A stretch of DNA of 64,000 bases from Massilia sp. (GCA_031398335.1 JANNNC010000045.1:8917-72916), one strand, 5' to 3'; shown: positions 1 through 10,943, numbered from the stretch's first letter. Notes: a model not told the origin generated them from the sequence alone. Program-made: numbers and translations.

Positions 1-828
1 TTGTTTCGGCCTTCCTTGCGCGCCAACGCGCGCCTGCTGTCCGCTGCGCTGTCTGCCAGTGCCACGCTGTGCGCCGCCAATGCCTGCGCCCAATCGGAGG
101 CCGGTGGCCCCCTCCAGACCGATCGCCCCGATTTCGTCGAATCGAGCAATGTCGTCGCGCCTGGCCGGGTACAGGTCGAGACCTCGCTGGCCTTCGAGCG
201 TACAACTGGCAAGGGCGTCGCGGAAACGATCGGCGCGACGCCGACCTTGATCCGCATTGGGACCGGTCAGGACTGGGAAGTCCGGCTGGAAACGGATGGC
301 TATATAAAACAACAGGTGAGCAGCGACGCGAGTCGCGAACGCATCCGGAACCATGGCTTTGCCGACTTGTCCCTTGGCGTGAAATGGCATCTGCGTGATG
401 GCAAGGGCATGGCGCCTTCGATGGCATTGCTGGCGCATGCCGACTTTGCTTCCGGTTCCGCGCCGATGCGCGGCAATGGTGTCCGGCCATCGGTACGCAT
501 GGTGGCGGAATGGGAATTGCCAGCCGGCTTGTCGCTTGGCCTGATGCCCGGTATCGCTTACGAGAAGACCGGCGATGGCCGTCGCTTTACCCAGGGCATC
601 TGGGGCATGGTGGTCGGCAAGGCCTGGACCGATCGCTTCCGTACGTTCGCCGAATTTGCGGCGCCCAGCATTGCGCGCGCGCGCTACGCCGCCGCGTTCT
701 CTACCTACAACGTCGGGGCCGCTTACCTGCTGTCCGACGACTGCCAGCTCGACCTGTCGATGCAGCAGGGTGCTAGCCGGAATGCCCCCGGCCGCGCTTG
801 GGCGCTCGGCTTGTCCACCCGTTTCTGA
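1..828 (+). CDS. Outer-membrane beta-barrel protein (MetA-pathway/'transporter' family-like); start at window edge
   Basis: 275-aa ORF with a signal-like N-terminus (..[13 protein letters not shown]), a 'LQTDRPDF' motif and a C-terminal aromatic end '..GLSTRF' typical of small OM barrels. The TTG sits at position 1, so the true start may lie upstream. Confidence 0.55.
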   Translation: MFRPSLRANARLLSAALSASATLCAANACAQSEAGGPLQTDRPDFVESSNVVAPGRVQVETSLAFERTTGKGVAETIGATPTLIRIGTGQDWEVRLETDGYIKQQVSSDASRERIRNHGFADLSLGVKWHLRDGKGMAPSMALLAHADFASGSAPMRGNGVRPSVRMVAEWELPAGLSLGLMPGIAYEKTGDGRRFTQGIWGMVVGKAWTDRFRTFAEFAAPSIARARYAAAFSTYNVGAAYLLSDDCQLDLSMQQGASRNAPGRAWALGLSTRF

Positions 829-860
829 CCCATTCACCACGGCCAATAAAGGAAACACCC

Positions 861-2465
861 ATGCGACTGCGCAAACGGCTGATCGGCTTTGCCGCCACCG
901 TCATTCTATTCACCCTGCTCAGCGGCGCGACTGGCTATTCGGTGGCCTATAAGCTCGTCGGCAGCATGCAGGACAGCCAAGTCAGCATCGAAGCCTTGCG
1001 CAACCAGATGCAGGCGGACATGATGCACGACGCGCTGCGTGCCGACGTCTTCGCCGCTGCGTTCGACGGCCTGCAGGAGGGGCAGCCACACAAGGCCGAT
1101 GCGCTGAAGGATTACGCCGAGCATGTGCAAGTGTTTACCGCGGCCCTGAAGCAGAACGAAGGGCTGGACCTCGATCCTGCCCTTGCGCTTAGCATCGCCG
1201 CAATGCGCAAGGATGTCGACCTGTATATCGCGCTGAGCCGCGAAGCGATCGACCTCGCTTACCGCGATCCGGCGGCGGCGCCGGCACTGATCTCACGCTT
1301 CCTGGTGATTTTCAAGACCCTCGAACAAGAAATGGGCGCCAGTAGCGACCTGATCGAGGAGACGGTCACCCGTGCCAAGCAGGCAGCCGACGCGACGGCC
1401 GCGACATCGATGACGATCATCCTCGTGCTCGGTGGCGCGGCCGTGCTGGCGGTGCTGGTCCTGTCGACATGGATTACGCGCTCAATCCTGCGCATCCTCG
1501 GTGCGGAGCCGAGCGACGTCAAACAACTTGTCAGTGCCGTCGAGCGCGGCGAACTCTACGCCCGGCCTGCGCTGCGTGCCGGCGACAACGAGAGCATCAT
1601 GGCGATGCTGGTGAAGATGGTCGCGACGCTTGGCGTTACCGTGACCGAGGCCCGTCGCGCCACCAACAAAGTGGCGTCGGCCAGCGCCGACCTGCGCCAG
1701 GGTAATCACGCTCTGTCGGCACGCACCGAGCATCAGGCCTCGGCGCTCGAAGAAACAGCTTCATCGATGGAAGAACTGACCGCGACGGTGCGCCAGAACG
1801 CCGACAATGCGGGCCAGGCCAACGCGCTGGCCGTTGCGGCGGCATCCGCGGCCTCCGAAGGCAGCCGGGTGGTGTCGCGCGTGGTCGATACGATGGACAC
1901 AATCAAGGGCAGCGCGCAGAAAATGACGGAAATCATTGGTGTCATCGATGCCATCGCATTCCAGACGAATATCCTGGCGCTGAACGCGGCGGTGGAAGCG
2001 GCGCGCGCAGGCGAGCAGGGCCGCGGCTTTGCCATCGTCGCTACCGAAGTGCGCGCCCTCGCCCACCGCTCGGCCGAGGCGGCAAGGCAAATCAAGGGCT
2101 TGATCAGCGCTTCGGTGAATGCGGTCGACGATGGCGCGCAGCTGGTGGGCCAGGCTGGCGACGCGATGCGCCAGATTGTCGAGGGCATCCACCGGGTGGC
2201 GGACGTCATGGCCGACATCAAGGCTGCCAGCGCCGAGCAAAGCGCCGGGATCGAACAGGTCAACGAGGCCATCATCCAGATGGATCAGGTAACGCAGCAG
2301 AACGCCGCACTGGTCGAAGAGGCTGCGGCGTCGGCCGAATCGTTGCGGAACCAGGCCGTGTTGCTGACCAAATCGCTCAGTGTATTCACACTGGAGGCAG
2401 GCGAACAGGCCCATGCCGCGGGACCTGCGCGTCCGGGGCAGGCACGGCGCCTGGCGCTAGCCTGA
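861..2465 (+). CDS. Methyl-accepting chemotaxis protein
   Basis: Internal ATG at 861 follows AAAGGAAAC. It has an N-terminal TM helix and the conserved MCP signalling hairpin '[37 protein letters not shown]'. Confidence 0.9.
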   Translation: MRLRKRLIGFAATVILFTLLSGATGYSVAYKLVGSMQDSQVSIEALRNQMQADMMHDALRADVFAAAFDGLQEGQPHKADALKDYAEHVQVFTAALKQNEGLDLDPALALSIAAMRKDVDLYIALSREAIDLAYRDPAAAPALISRFLVIFKTLEQEMGASSDLIEETVTRAKQAADATAATSMTIILVLGGAAVLAVLVLSTWITRSILRILGAEPSDVKQLVSAVERGELYARPALRAGDNESIMAMLVKMVATLGVTVTEARRATNKVASASADLRQGNHALSARTEHQASALEETASSMEELTATVRQNADNAGQANALAVAAASAASEGSRVVSRVVDTMDTIKGSAQKMTEIIGVIDAIAFQTNILALNAAVEAARAGEQGRGFAIVATEVRALAHRSAEAARQIKGLISASVNAVDDGAQLVGQAGDAMRQIVEGIHRVADVMADIKAASAEQSAGIEQVNEAIIQMDQVTQQNAALVEEAAASAESLRNQAVLLTKSLSVFTLEAGEQAHAAGPARPGQARRLALA

Positions 2466-2726
2466 ATGTAAGAGCCTGGAAGACAGGCAAAGGACCGATG
2501 GAATTGCCGGTGCTGGCGTGAAGGAAGTCAGGGTATGTTATAAAACATAATGTTGACATTCATGCACATGTCAACAAAAACAATGACTTGCGGAACGAAA
2601 TATCTGACTTTTCGGTTATTAGTGTTGTATTGATACGTCGGAACCAGGGTTGAAACGGGGCTGTCCCAAGCAGGGATTGCCGTTTCTGCACTACAATACG
2701 AGATTCCCCAATCCGACTATCCCCCT

Positions 2727-3530
2727 GTGTCTAACCTTGTAGAAATACGTGATCTCGAGTTTGCCTATGGCGATCGCAAGATCCTGTCGAACCTGCGCAT
2801 GGATTTCCCCCGCGGCAAGCTCATTGCTGTCATGGGTGGTTCCGGTTGCGGCAAGACCACGGTGCTGCGCCTGATTGGCGGACAGATCCGTCCACAGCGC
2901 GGCGCGGTCTGGGTGGGCGGCGAAGTCGTGCACGAGCTGCGCACCGACGGCCTGTACCGCCTGCGCCGCAAGATGGGCATGCTGTTCCAGTTCGGCGCGC
3001 TGTTCACTGATCTCACCATTTTCGATAACGTCGCCTTCCCGCTGCGCGAGCACACCGACTTGTCGGAAGAGCTGATCCGCAACCTGGTGATGATGAAGCT
3101 GAACGCGGTCGGCCTGCGCAATGCCTCCAAGCTGAAACCGGCCGAGATTTCCGGCGGCATGGCGCGCCGCGTGGCGGTGGCGCGCGCCATCGCGCTCGAC
3201 CCCGAACTGATCATGTACGACGAGCCCTTCGCCGGCCTCGACCCCATCTCGATGGGCCTGACCGCCAATTTGATCCGCAACCTGAACGACGCGCTCGGTT
3301 CGACATCCATCCTGGTCTCGCACGATGTGAACGAAACCTTCGCCATCGCCGATTACGTCTACTTCATGTCGGCCGGCAAGATCGTTGCCGAAGGCACGCC
3401 GGCCGAGCTGCGCGTCTCCAAAGACCCGTATGTGAAACAGTTCGTCAATGCCGAACCCGATGGCCCGGTGCCCTTCCACTATCCAGGCAAATCGCTGATC
3501 GACGACCTGGGCCTGGGGGCGAAGCGATGA
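2727..3530 (+). CDS. mlaF: Phospholipid ABC transporter ATP-binding protein MlaF
   Basis: Walker A 'GGSGCGKTT', signature 'ISGGMARR' and Walker B 'LIMYDEP'. It is the first gene of an mla-type cluster. GTG start. Confidence 0.9.
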   Translation: MSNLVEIRDLEFAYGDRKILSNLRMDFPRGKLIAVMGGSGCGKTTVLRLIGGQIRPQRGAVWVGGEVVHELRTDGLYRLRRKMGMLFQFGALFTDLTIFDNVAFPLREHTDLSEELIRNLVMMKLNAVGLRNASKLKPAEISGGMARRVAVARAIALDPELIMYDEPFAGLDPISMGLTANLIRNLNDALGSTSILVSHDVNETFAIADYVYFMSAGKIVAEGTPAELRVSKDPYVKQFVNAEPDGPVPFHYPGKSLIDDLGLGAKR

Positions 3531-4309
3531 TCATGCGTTTCCTGGAGTCCACCGGCGCCACCGCGCGCGAATCGGTCGAAAGCCTCGGTTTTGCCACGCG
3601 CGCCTTTTTTAATTTGTTGCGTTTTTCGCCCGGCGCCTGGCGTCGTCCCAGCCTGATTTCCGAGCAAGTCCATTTTATTGGCAACTATTCGCTCCTCATC
3701 ACGGTCGTCTCGGGCCTGTTCGTCGGCCTGGTGCTGGGCCTGCAGTTCTACGTCAACCTGATCCAGTTCGGCGCCGAGGATAAACTCGGCTCGCTCACCG
3801 CCCTGTCGCTGATCCGCGAACTCGGTCCGGTGGTGACGGCGCTGCTGTTTGCGGGCCGCGCCGGCACCTCGCTCACCGCCGAGATCGGCCTGATGAAAGC
3901 CGGCGAGCAGTTGTCTGCCATGGAAATGATGGCGGTCAATCCGGTGCAGCGCGTGCTGGCGCCCCGTTTCTGGGGCGGCGTAATTGCCATGCCGGTGCTC
4001 GCTGCCGTGTTCTCGGCCGTCGGCATCATGGGCAGCTACCTGGTCGCCGTCAAAATGCTCAGTTTGGACGAAGGCGCGTTCTGGTCGCAAATGCAGGCTG
4101 GCGTCGACGTCAACCGCGATGTCGTCAGCAGTGTCATCAAGAGTTTCGTGTTTGGCATTGCCGTGACGTTCACGGCCGTGTTCCAGGGTTACCACGTGAA
4201 GCCAACCCCGGCCGACGTGGCGCGCGCCACCACGCGCACGGTCGTGATCGCCTCGCTGCTGGTACTGGGGCTGGATTTCGTCATGACCGCCCTGATGTTT
4301 GCACAATAA
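3527..4309 (+). CDS. mlaE: Phospholipid ABC transporter permease MlaE
   Basis: 260-aa polytopic membrane ORF with an ATGA overlap with mlaF. MlaE-like sequence (..LIRELGPVVTALLFAGRAG..). Confidence 0.9.
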   Translation: MIMRFLESTGATARESVESLGFATRAFFNLLRFSPGAWRRPSLISEQVHFIGNYSLLITVVSGLFVGLVLGLQFYVNLIQFGAEDKLGSLTALSLIRELGPVVTALLFAGRAGTSLTAEIGLMKAGEQLSAMEMMAVNPVQRVLAPRFWGGVIAMPVLAAVFSAVGIMGSYLVAVKMLSLDEGAFWSQMQAGVDVNRDVVSSVIKSFVFGIAVTFTAVFQGYHVKPTPADVARATTRTVVIASLLVLGLDFVMTALMFAQ

Positions 4310-4357
4310 ATCGTTTCGTATGGCCGCGCACAGACGGCCTGAACACTAGGAAATACT

Positions 4358-4831
4358 ATGCACCGTAAAATCATCGATGTCTGGGTTGGTCTGTTCGTCC
4401 TGTTGGGCGCTGCCGCTGTGTTGTTTCTGGCACTACAGGCGGGGAATATGAGCTCGCTCTCGTTCGCCGAGACCTACGCCGTCACTGGCAAATTCGATAA
4501 CATTGGTGGATTGAAGCCGCAAGCGCCAGTCAAGAGCGCCGGCGTCGTGGTCGGCCGGGTCGGCGACATCAGTTTCGACGACAAGACCTACCAGGCCATG
4601 GTTCGCCTTGACCTGGACCCGAACTACAAGTTCCCGAAAGATTCGTCGCTCAAGATCCTGACCGCAGGTTTGCTGGGCGAGCAATATATTGGCATCGAGC
4701 CGGGCGGCGACACGAAAAACCTCGTCGACGGCGATCGAATCAACCGTACGCAATCGGCCACCGTGCTGGAAGACCTGATCAATCAGTTCATCTACAGCAA
4801 GGCCGCCGATGGAAAGGAAGGCAGCGAATGA
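4358..4831 (+). CDS. mlaD: MCE-domain periplasmic component MlaD
   Basis: N-terminal TM anchor plus an MCE domain (..GLKPQAPVKSAGVVVGRV..). RBS AGGAAA lies upstream of the ATG. Confidence 0.9.
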   Translation: MHRKIIDVWVGLFVLLGAAAVLFLALQAGNMSSLSFAETYAVTGKFDNIGGLKPQAPVKSAGVVVGRVGDISFDDKTYQAMVRLDLDPNYKFPKDSSLKILTAGLLGEQYIGIEPGGDTKNLVDGDRINRTQSATVLEDLINQFIYSKAADGKEGSE

Positions 4832-5628
4832 AAAGCAAGAACATGAGGTCCCTGCGTGGACTGGCGCTGGCAGCGGGCGCCTGCGCCGCGCTGGCTGGCT
4901 GCGCCACCCCGAGCAACCCGCAAGATCCACTGGAAAAGTTGAACCGCGCAACCTTCGCATTCAACGACACGGTCGACCGGGTGGCCCTGAAGCCGGCCGC
5001 GACCGCCTATAAGAATGTGCTCCCGGGCTTCGTGCAAACGGGCGTGGGCAATTTCTTTGGTAATTTGTCGGATGCCTGGAGCTCGGTCAATAACCTGATG
5101 CAAGGCAAGGGCGAAGCCGGCGCGACCGATTTCATGCGGGTTGCATTGAATTCGACCTTCGGCATCGTCGGTATCCTCGACATCGCCTCGGAAGCTGGAT
5201 TGCAGAAACACAACGAAGATTTTGGACAAACCCTGGGCGTGTGGGGTGTTCCTGCGGGCCCCTACTTGATGTTGCCATTGTTGGGCCCATCTACGCTACG
5301 TGACACCGCTGCATTGCCTGCCGACATGTGGGCCGATGCCTGGACGACGGTGACGCCGGTGAGTACGCGTAACATCGGTATTGGCGTGCGTGCGGTCGAT
5401 CAGCGCGCCGCCATCCTGGACGCGTCGAGCCTGATGGAGGATGCTGCGCTCGACCGTTACGAATTCATTCGTGACGGCTATATGCAGCGCCGCGAAAGCC
5501 GCGTGCGTGACGGCGAATCTGCGCCGCGCGAGGACGCGCCAGCATCGGCTACGCCAGACACGCCGGCATCGAATACCCAGGTGGTGCCGACGCCGGCGTC
5601 AAGCGACGCCGGAAAGCAGCGGAAGTAA
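4828..5628 (+). CDS. mlaA: VacJ/MlaA family lipoprotein
   Basis: Lipobox 'LAGC' and the VacJ motif 'DPLEKLNRATFAFND'. ATGA overlap with mlaD. Confidence 0.85.
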   Translation: MKSKNMRSLRGLALAAGACAALAGCATPSNPQDPLEKLNRATFAFNDTVDRVALKPAATAYKNVLPGFVQTGVGNFFGNLSDAWSSVNNLMQGKGEAGATDFMRVALNSTFGIVGILDIASEAGLQKHNEDFGQTLGVWGVPAGPYLMLPLLGPSTLRDTAALPADMWADAWTTVTPVSTRNIGIGVRAVDQRAAILDASSLMEDAALDRYEFIRDGYMQRRESRVRDGESAPREDAPASATPDTPASNTQVVPTPASSDAGKQRK

Positions 5629-5702
5629 TAGTTCGTAAAACAGCTCGCACGACGCATGCAGTGTCCTGCAAGCTGTGTCTTCAAATACAGAAAAGAGAGC
5701 TT

Positions 5703-6350
5703 ATGAAACCAATCGCCCAACTCATTGCCACCGCCGCAACCCTCGTGTTCGCCACCAGCGTCATCGCCGCGCCAGCCCCGGCCACCAACGAGGCGCCGGA
5801 CGTGCTGGTGAAACGCATCAGCGCCGACGTGATCGACACCGTGAAAGCCGACAAGGACATCCAGGCCGGCAACCGCAACCGCATCATGGAACTGGTCAAT
5901 TCGAAGATCCTGCCGCACGTCGACGCCGAGAAGATGACGGCCCAGGCTGCCGGCCGCTTCTGGCGCCAGGCGACGCCGGAACAGCAAAAGCGCCTGTCGG
6001 AAGAATTCCGCACGCTGCTCGTGTACACGTATTCGGGCGCGCTGTCGCAGATCAAGAACGAAACGGTCGAATTCAAGCCGATGCGTTCGGAGTCGACCGA
6101 CACCGACGTCGAAGTGCGTTCCCAGGTGAACGTCGCCCGCGGCGAGCCGATCACCCTGAACTACCGCCTGGCGAAGGACACCGGTAGCTGGAAGATCTAC
6201 GACATCAACGTGCTGGGCGCGTGGCTGGTCGAGACCTACAAGGGCACGTTTGCTGCCGAGATCAACAAGTCGGGCGTCGACGGCCTGATCACCAAGCTGG
6301 CCGACCGCAACAAGCAACTGGCCAACAAGCCGTTGAAGGCCCCGAAGTAA
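5703..6350 (+). CDS. mlaC: Periplasmic phospholipid-binding protein MlaC (toluene tolerance Ttg2D family)
   Basis: Internal ATG at 5703 gives a signal peptide MKPIAQLIATAATLVFATSVIAAP. Its position in the mla cluster supports the call. Confidence 0.85.
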   Translation: MKPIAQLIATAATLVFATSVIAAPAPATNEAPDVLVKRISADVIDTVKADKDIQAGNRNRIMELVNSKILPHVDAEKMTAQAAGRFWRQATPEQQKRLSEEFRTLLVYTYSGALSQIKNETVEFKPMRSESTDTDVEVRSQVNVARGEPITLNYRLAKDTGSWKIYDINVLGAWLVETYKGTFAAEINKSGVDGLITKLADRNKQLANKPLKAPK

Positions 6351-6352
6351 GC

Positions 6353-6628
6353 ATGGCTGAAGCAAATCCGATGCTGTCCCTCGACGCCCTGACCTTCGAC
6401 ACCGCGCAAGCGGCGCTGGAGCAGGGCTGCGCCGCGATCCGGGCCGGCGAGACCGTGTTCGACTTGGGCGGCGTGCGCGCCGCCGATTCGTCCGGCGTCG
6501 CTTTGCTGCTGGCCTGGCAACGCCGCGCGCAGGATGCGGGGCAAAAGCTCACGTTTATTAATGTGCCGAGCAATATTGATGCGCTGACGCATTTGTATGG
6601 GTTGGACGGGGTGCTGGCACGCTCGTAA
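6353..6628 (+). CDS. mlaB: STAS-domain protein MlaB
   Basis: 91-aa ORF starting 3 nt after mlaC. STAS/anti-sigma-antagonist-like sequence (..DLGGVRAADSSGVALLLAW..). Confidence 0.75.
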   Translation: MAEANPMLSLDALTFDTAQAALEQGCAAIRAGETVFDLGGVRAADSSGVALLLAWQRRAQDAGQKLTFINVPSNIDALTHLYGLDGVLARS

Positions 6629-6635
6629 TATAGGG

Positions 6636-6662
6636 GTCATTGAGGCCAATGGCCTCAATGAC
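6636..6662. repeat. Perfect palindrome GTCATTGAGGCCA-A-TGGCCTCAATGAC
   Basis: 13-bp arms read directly from the sequence, 8 nt after the mlaB stop. There is no T-run, so it is not a canonical terminator. Confidence 0.8.
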
Positions 6663-6837
6663 GGGTTCACCGGGCGCCCCGTGCCCACGCGTGACGCGTG
6701 CGTTGCGGCGGCGTCTCAACTGGGCGCGCTGCGAATAACTTCTTCCTTCTCGATGCTGTGTCGGTGTGCTTTTGGAACCTGATCGGCTCGCTCGCATTAC
6801 CTCTTCCCTGACCGCCGCCGCTGACGCGACCTTACGC

Positions 6838-6856
6838 GTGGGCACAGCGTGCCCAC
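6838..6856. repeat. REP-like palindrome GTGGGCAC-AGC-GTGCCCAC (partial copy of the GTAGGGTGGGCAC family)
   Basis: Shares the GTGCCCACCC core with the palindromes at 19962-19989 and 42289-42322. A further GTGCCCAC lies at 6681-6688. Confidence 0.6.
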
Positions 6857-7014
6857 CCTGGGGTGCACTACCGCTAACGTTTCGAACATCACTGCGACCG
6901 CCCGCTGGTGACATCCTCAATGCCGTCAGGCTCTTGTATTCGCGATTTCCCCTATAATGGGCCGTTTCCCCGCCCGGTTTGCGCACGCTTCGTGCCCGGC
7001 CACTTCGAAGAATA

Positions 7015-7941
7015 ATGACAGCGATCCAGATTAACAGCGTCGAGAAAAGCTACAAGGCCTTCAAGGCCCTGAAAGGCGTTTCCCTGACAATCGAACAGGG
7101 CGAGTTCTTCGGCCTGCTGGGCCCGAACGGCGCCGGCAAGACGACCCTGATCTCCACCATTGCCGGCCTGATCCGGCCGGATGTCGGCAGCGTCAAGATC
7201 CACGGCCACGACGTCGTCACCGATTTCCGCGAAGCGCGACGAAAACTGGGCGTGGTGCCGCAGGAACTCGTGTTCGACCCGTTTTTTACGGTGCGCGAAA
7301 CGCTGCGCCTGCAATCCGGTTATTTCGGCATCAAGAACAACGACAAGTGGATCGACGAGGTCATGGACAACCTCGATTTGACCAATAAAGCCGACGTCAA
7401 CATGCGCGCCCTGTCGGGCGGCATGAAGCGGCGCGTGCTGGTGGCGCAAGCGCTGGTGCACAAGCCGCCGGTCATCGTGCTCGATGAGCCGACTGCCGGC
7501 GTCGACGTCGAACTGCGCCAGACCCTGTGGAAATTCATTTCTCGCCTGAACCGCGAAGGCGGGCACACGGTCGTGCTGACCACCCATTACCTGGAAGAAG
7601 CGCAGGCGATGTGCCAGCGCGTGGCGATGCTCAAATCCGGGCAGGTGGTCGCACTCGACACGATGAGTGCGCTGCTGCGCCGCGTGTCGGGTTCGCAGCT
7701 GATCGTGCACCTGAAAAGCGGAGAGCTACCGGCTGCGCTGCGCCACCTGGTCTCGCACGACGAGCACGGCAATGGCAACGGCAGCGGCAACAAATACAGC
7801 CTGCGCGTGAATGACTACCTTGAGGTCGAGCCGATCCTTTCTCGCCTGCGCGAGAGCGGGGCGGTCATCGACGAGATGCAGCTGCAGCAGGCCGACCTCG
7901 AAGATATTTTTATCCAAATTATGGAAAAGGGCGCGCTGTGA
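7015..7941 (+). CDS. ABC transporter ATP-binding protein (ABC-2 exporter type)
   Basis: Walker A 'GPNGAGKTT', signature 'LSGGMKRR' and Walker B 'VIVLDEPT'. The internal ATG at 7015 is the preferred start. Confidence 0.85.
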   Translation: MTAIQINSVEKSYKAFKALKGVSLTIEQGEFFGLLGPNGAGKTTLISTIAGLIRPDVGSVKIHGHDVVTDFREARRKLGVVPQELVFDPFFTVRETLRLQSGYFGIKNNDKWIDEVMDNLDLTNKADVNMRALSGGMKRRVLVAQALVHKPPVIVLDEPTAGVDVELRQTLWKFISRLNREGGHTVVLTTHYLEEAQAMCQRVAMLKSGQVVALDTMSALLRRVSGSQLIVHLKSGELPAALRHLVSHDEHGNGNGSGNKYSLRVNDYLEVEPILSRLRESGAVIDEMQLQQADLEDIFIQIMEKGAL

Positions 7942-8705
7942 GTGTCGTTTCTGTCGGTTTCCGCACCCTGTTTTATAAAGAGATGCTGCGCTTCTGGAAG
8001 GTCGCCACGCAAACCATCGCCGCGCCGATCCTCACCGCCATGCTGTATTTGCTGATCTTTGGCCACGTTTTGGAAGGCCGGGTCGAGGTGTATCCGGGCG
8101 TGAGCTACACCGCCTTCCTGGTGCCGGGCCTGGTGATGATGAGCGTGCTGCAGAACGCGTTTGCCAATGCGTCTTCGTCGCTGATCCAGTCCAAAATCAC
8201 CGGCAACCTGGTGTTCATCTTGCTGCCGCCCTTGTCGCACTGGGAAATCCTGCTCGCCTATGTGGCGGCCTCCGTCGTGCGCGGTGTGGTGGTCGGCGCC
8301 GGCGTGTTCGCCATTACCGCCTGGTTCGCGCACCTGAGTTTCGCCGCGCCCCTGTGGATCATCGTGTTCGCCCTGCTGGGCGCGGCCATTCTCGGCACGC
8401 TGGGCGTGATCGCCGGTATCTGGGCCGATAAATTCGACCAGCTCGCCGCATTCCAGAATTTCCTGATCATGCCGGCGACCTTCCTCGCCGGGGTGTTCTA
8501 TTCGATCCACTCGCTGCCAAGCTTCTGGCAAGCGGTCTCGCATTTCAACCCGTTCTTTTATATGATTGACGGGTTCCGCCACGGCTTCTTCGGCCAGTCC
8601 GATATTTCGCCGTGGACCAGCCTTGCCATCGTTTCCGCTTTCTTTGCGGTGCTGGCGGCCGTGGCGATCAACCTGCTGCGCGGCGGTTACAAGTTACGCC
8701 ACTGA
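7938..8705 (+). CDS. ABC-2 type transporter permease
   Basis: 255-aa membrane ORF of about 6 TM helices. GTGA overlap with the preceding ATPase. Confidence 0.85.
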   Translation: MSVVSVGFRTLFYKEMLRFWKVATQTIAAPILTAMLYLLIFGHVLEGRVEVYPGVSYTAFLVPGLVMMSVLQNAFANASSSLIQSKITGNLVFILLPPLSHWEILLAYVAASVVRGVVVGAGVFAITAWFAHLSFAAPLWIIVFALLGAAILGTLGVIAGIWADKFDQLAAFQNFLIMPATFLAGVFYSIHSLPSFWQAVSHFNPFFYMIDGFRHGFFGQSDISPWTSLAIVSAFFAVLAAVAINLLRGGYKLRH

Positions 8706-8733
8706 GTGCGTCATTGAACCCCATTGAATATAA

Positions 8734-8985
8734 ATGTTAGGAATTATCGTGTCGACCACTCCAGAACTGATCCACAGCTACATCGAAAACGGCCTGCAAT
8801 GCACCCACTTGCAGGTCGAGGGCGATGGACGTCACTTCTCGGCCCTGATCGTCTCGCCTGCCTTTGCCGGCAAGCGTCCGATCCAGCGCCACCAGCTGGT
8901 GTATGCGGCGCTGGGCGACCGCATGCGCGAAGAGATCCACGCACTGTCGATGAAAACCCTGACCCCTGAAGAGTACGGAGGCTAA
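8734..8985 (+). CDS. ibaG: BolA/IbaG family protein
   Basis: 83 aa with a BolA-like 'FSALIVSPAFAGKRPIQRHQLVY' segment. It sits between the mla genes and murA, as in the E. coli mla-ibaG-murA arrangement. The start may be GTG 8749. Confidence 0.8.
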   Translation: MLGIIVSTTPELIHSYIENGLQCTHLQVEGDGRHFSALIVSPAFAGKRPIQRHQLVYAALGDRMREEIHALSMKTLTPEEYGG

Positions 8986-10236
8986 ATGGACAAGCTGAAA
9001 ATCGTTGGCGGCAAACGCCTGAATGGCGACATCGCGGTCTCCGGCGCCAAGAACGCGGCGCTGCCCATCCTGTGCGCGGGCCTGCTCACCGCCGGCGACG
9101 TCGAATTGTCGAACGTGCCGCGCCTGCACGACGTCAAAACCATTTTGAAACTGCTCGAGCAGACCGGTTTGACCGTCATCCAGGACGACGAAAATGTCAC
9201 CCTGAACGGCGCCAACATCACCAGCCTGGAAGCGCCCTACGAGCTCGTGAAAACCATGCGCGCGTCGATCCTGGTGCTGGGCCCCCTGTTGGCGCGCTTC
9301 GGCGAAGCCAAGGTGTCGCTGCCGGGCGGCTGCGCGATCGGTTCGCGCCCGGTCGACCAGCACATCAAGGGCTTACGGGCGATGGGCGCCGAGATCACGA
9401 TCGAGGGCGGCTACATCTACGCGAAAGCGAAGAAATTAAAAGGCGCGCGCATCCTGACCGACATGATCACCGTCACCGGCACCGAGAATTTGCTGATGGC
9501 GGCGACCCTGGCCGAAGGCGAAACGGTACTGGAAAACGCCGCGCGCGAACCGGAAGTGACCGACCTCGCCAACCTGCTCGTCGCCATGGGCGCCAGGATC
9601 GAGGGCATCGGCACCGAGCGCCTGGTGATCCAGGGCGTGGCCGAGCTGCATGGCGCCAAACACGCCGTGATTTCCGACCGCATCGAAGCGGCGACTTTCC
9701 TGTGCGCGGTGGCGGCCACCGGCGGCGACATCCTCTTGACCAACACCCGCACCGACATCTTCGACGTCGCCCTCGACAAGCTGCGCGAAGTCGGCCTTCA
9801 AATGGAGATCGGGTCGAACACGATCCGCGCGCGCATGGATGGCCGTCCCCAGCCGGTGTCGTTCCGCACCACCGAGTATCCCGGCTTCCCGACCGACATG
9901 CAGGCCCAGTTCATGGCCGTCAACACGATCGCCGCCGGTCCGAGCCGCGTGACCGAGACGATTTTCGAGAATCGCTTCATGCATGTGCAAGAGATGAACC
10001 GCCTCGGCGCGCACATCTCGACCGAGGGCAATACCGCGTTCATCAAAGGCGTCGAACGCCTGGTGGGCGCGCAGGTGATGGCAACCGACCTGCGTGCCTC
10101 GGCCTCGCTGGTGATCGCCGCCATGGCCGCCGAGGGCACCTCCCTGATCGACCGCATCTATCACCTCGACCGCGGCTACGACCGCATGGAAGTGAAACTG
10201 TCGAAGGTCGGCGCCGAGATCGTGCGCATCAAGTAA
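8986..10236 (+). CDS. murA: UDP-N-acetylglucosamine 1-carboxyvinyltransferase
   Basis: 416 aa. MurA hallmarks '[12 protein letters not shown]' and the active-site loop '[15 protein letters not shown]'. Confidence 0.95.
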   Translation: MDKLKIVGGKRLNGDIAVSGAKNAALPILCAGLLTAGDVELSNVPRLHDVKTILKLLEQTGLTVIQDDENVTLNGANITSLEAPYELVKTMRASILVLGPLLARFGEAKVSLPGGCAIGSRPVDQHIKGLRAMGAEITIEGGYIYAKAKKLKGARILTDMITVTGTENLLMAATLAEGETVLENAAREPEVTDLANLLVAMGARIEGIGTERLVIQGVAELHGAKHAVISDRIEAATFLCAVAATGGDILLTNTRTDIFDVALDKLREVGLQMEIGSNTIRARMDGRPQPVSFRTTEYPGFPTDMQAQFMAVNTIAAGPSRVTETIFENRFMHVQEMNRLGAHISTEGNTAFIKGVERLVGAQVMATDLRASASLVIAAMAAEGTSLIDRIYHLDRGYDRMEVKLSKVGAEIVRIK

Positions 10237-10254
10237 TCCATCAGTAAAGGCGCT

Positions 10255-10932
10255 ATGAGCATCGCAACACAATCGACCGAGCCGGGCCTGATCCTGGCGC
10301 TATCGAAAGGCCGGATTTTCGAGGACACGCTGCCCTTGCTGGAAGCGGCCGGCATCACCGTGCTGGAAAATCCGGACACCTCGCGCAAGCTGATTTTGGC
10401 GACCAACGATCCGGGCGTGCGCGTGCTGATCGTGCGCGCGACCGACGTGCCGACCTATGTCCAGTACGGCGCGGCCGACTTCGGCGTGGCCGGCAAGGAC
10501 GTGCTGCTCGAGCATGGCGGCGAAGGCCTGTACCAGCCGGTCGACCTGAACATCGCCGCCTGCCGCATGTCGGTGGCGGTGAATGCCGGTTTCGACTACG
10601 AGAAGGCCGTGCGCCAGGGTGCGCGCCTGCGCGTGGCGACCAAGTTCGTCAACACCGCGCGCCAGCACTTTGCCAGCAAGGGCGTGCACGTCGATCTGAT
10701 CAAACTGTACGGCTCGATGGAACTCGCGCCCCTGGTCGGCCTGTCGGACGCCATCGTCGACGTGGTCTCGACCGGCAATACGCTGCGCGCGAACAACCTG
10801 GTCGAAGTCGAGAAGATCATGGAGATCTCCTCGCGCCTGGTCGTGAACCAGGCAGCATTAAAGCTCAAGCGCGAGCGCCTGCAACCCATCATCGAGGCTT
10901 TTGAGAAGGCCTCGAAACAACTTCCGCAATAA
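10255..10932 (+). CDS. hisG: ATP phosphoribosyltransferase (short form)
   Basis: 225 aa. 'LALSKGRI', '[24 protein letters not shown]' and '[10 protein letters not shown]'. Confidence 0.95.
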   Translation: MSIATQSTEPGLILALSKGRIFEDTLPLLEAAGITVLENPDTSRKLILATNDPGVRVLIVRATDVPTYVQYGAADFGVAGKDVLLEHGGEGLYQPVDLNIAACRMSVAVNAGFDYEKAVRQGARLRVATKFVNTARQHFASKGVHVDLIKLYGSMELAPLVGLSDAIVDVVSTGNTLRANNLVEVEKIMEISSRLVVNQAALKLKRERLQPIIEAFEKASKQLPQ

Positions 10933-10943
10933 GGCAAAACCCC

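Noticed and set aside
6558-6986. 142-aa minus-strand ORF and several 60-aa ORFs in the mlaB/ABC-2 spacer
   Set aside because: They overlap each other on both strands, lack an RBS, and are built from the palindromic repeats. They are treated as non-coding.
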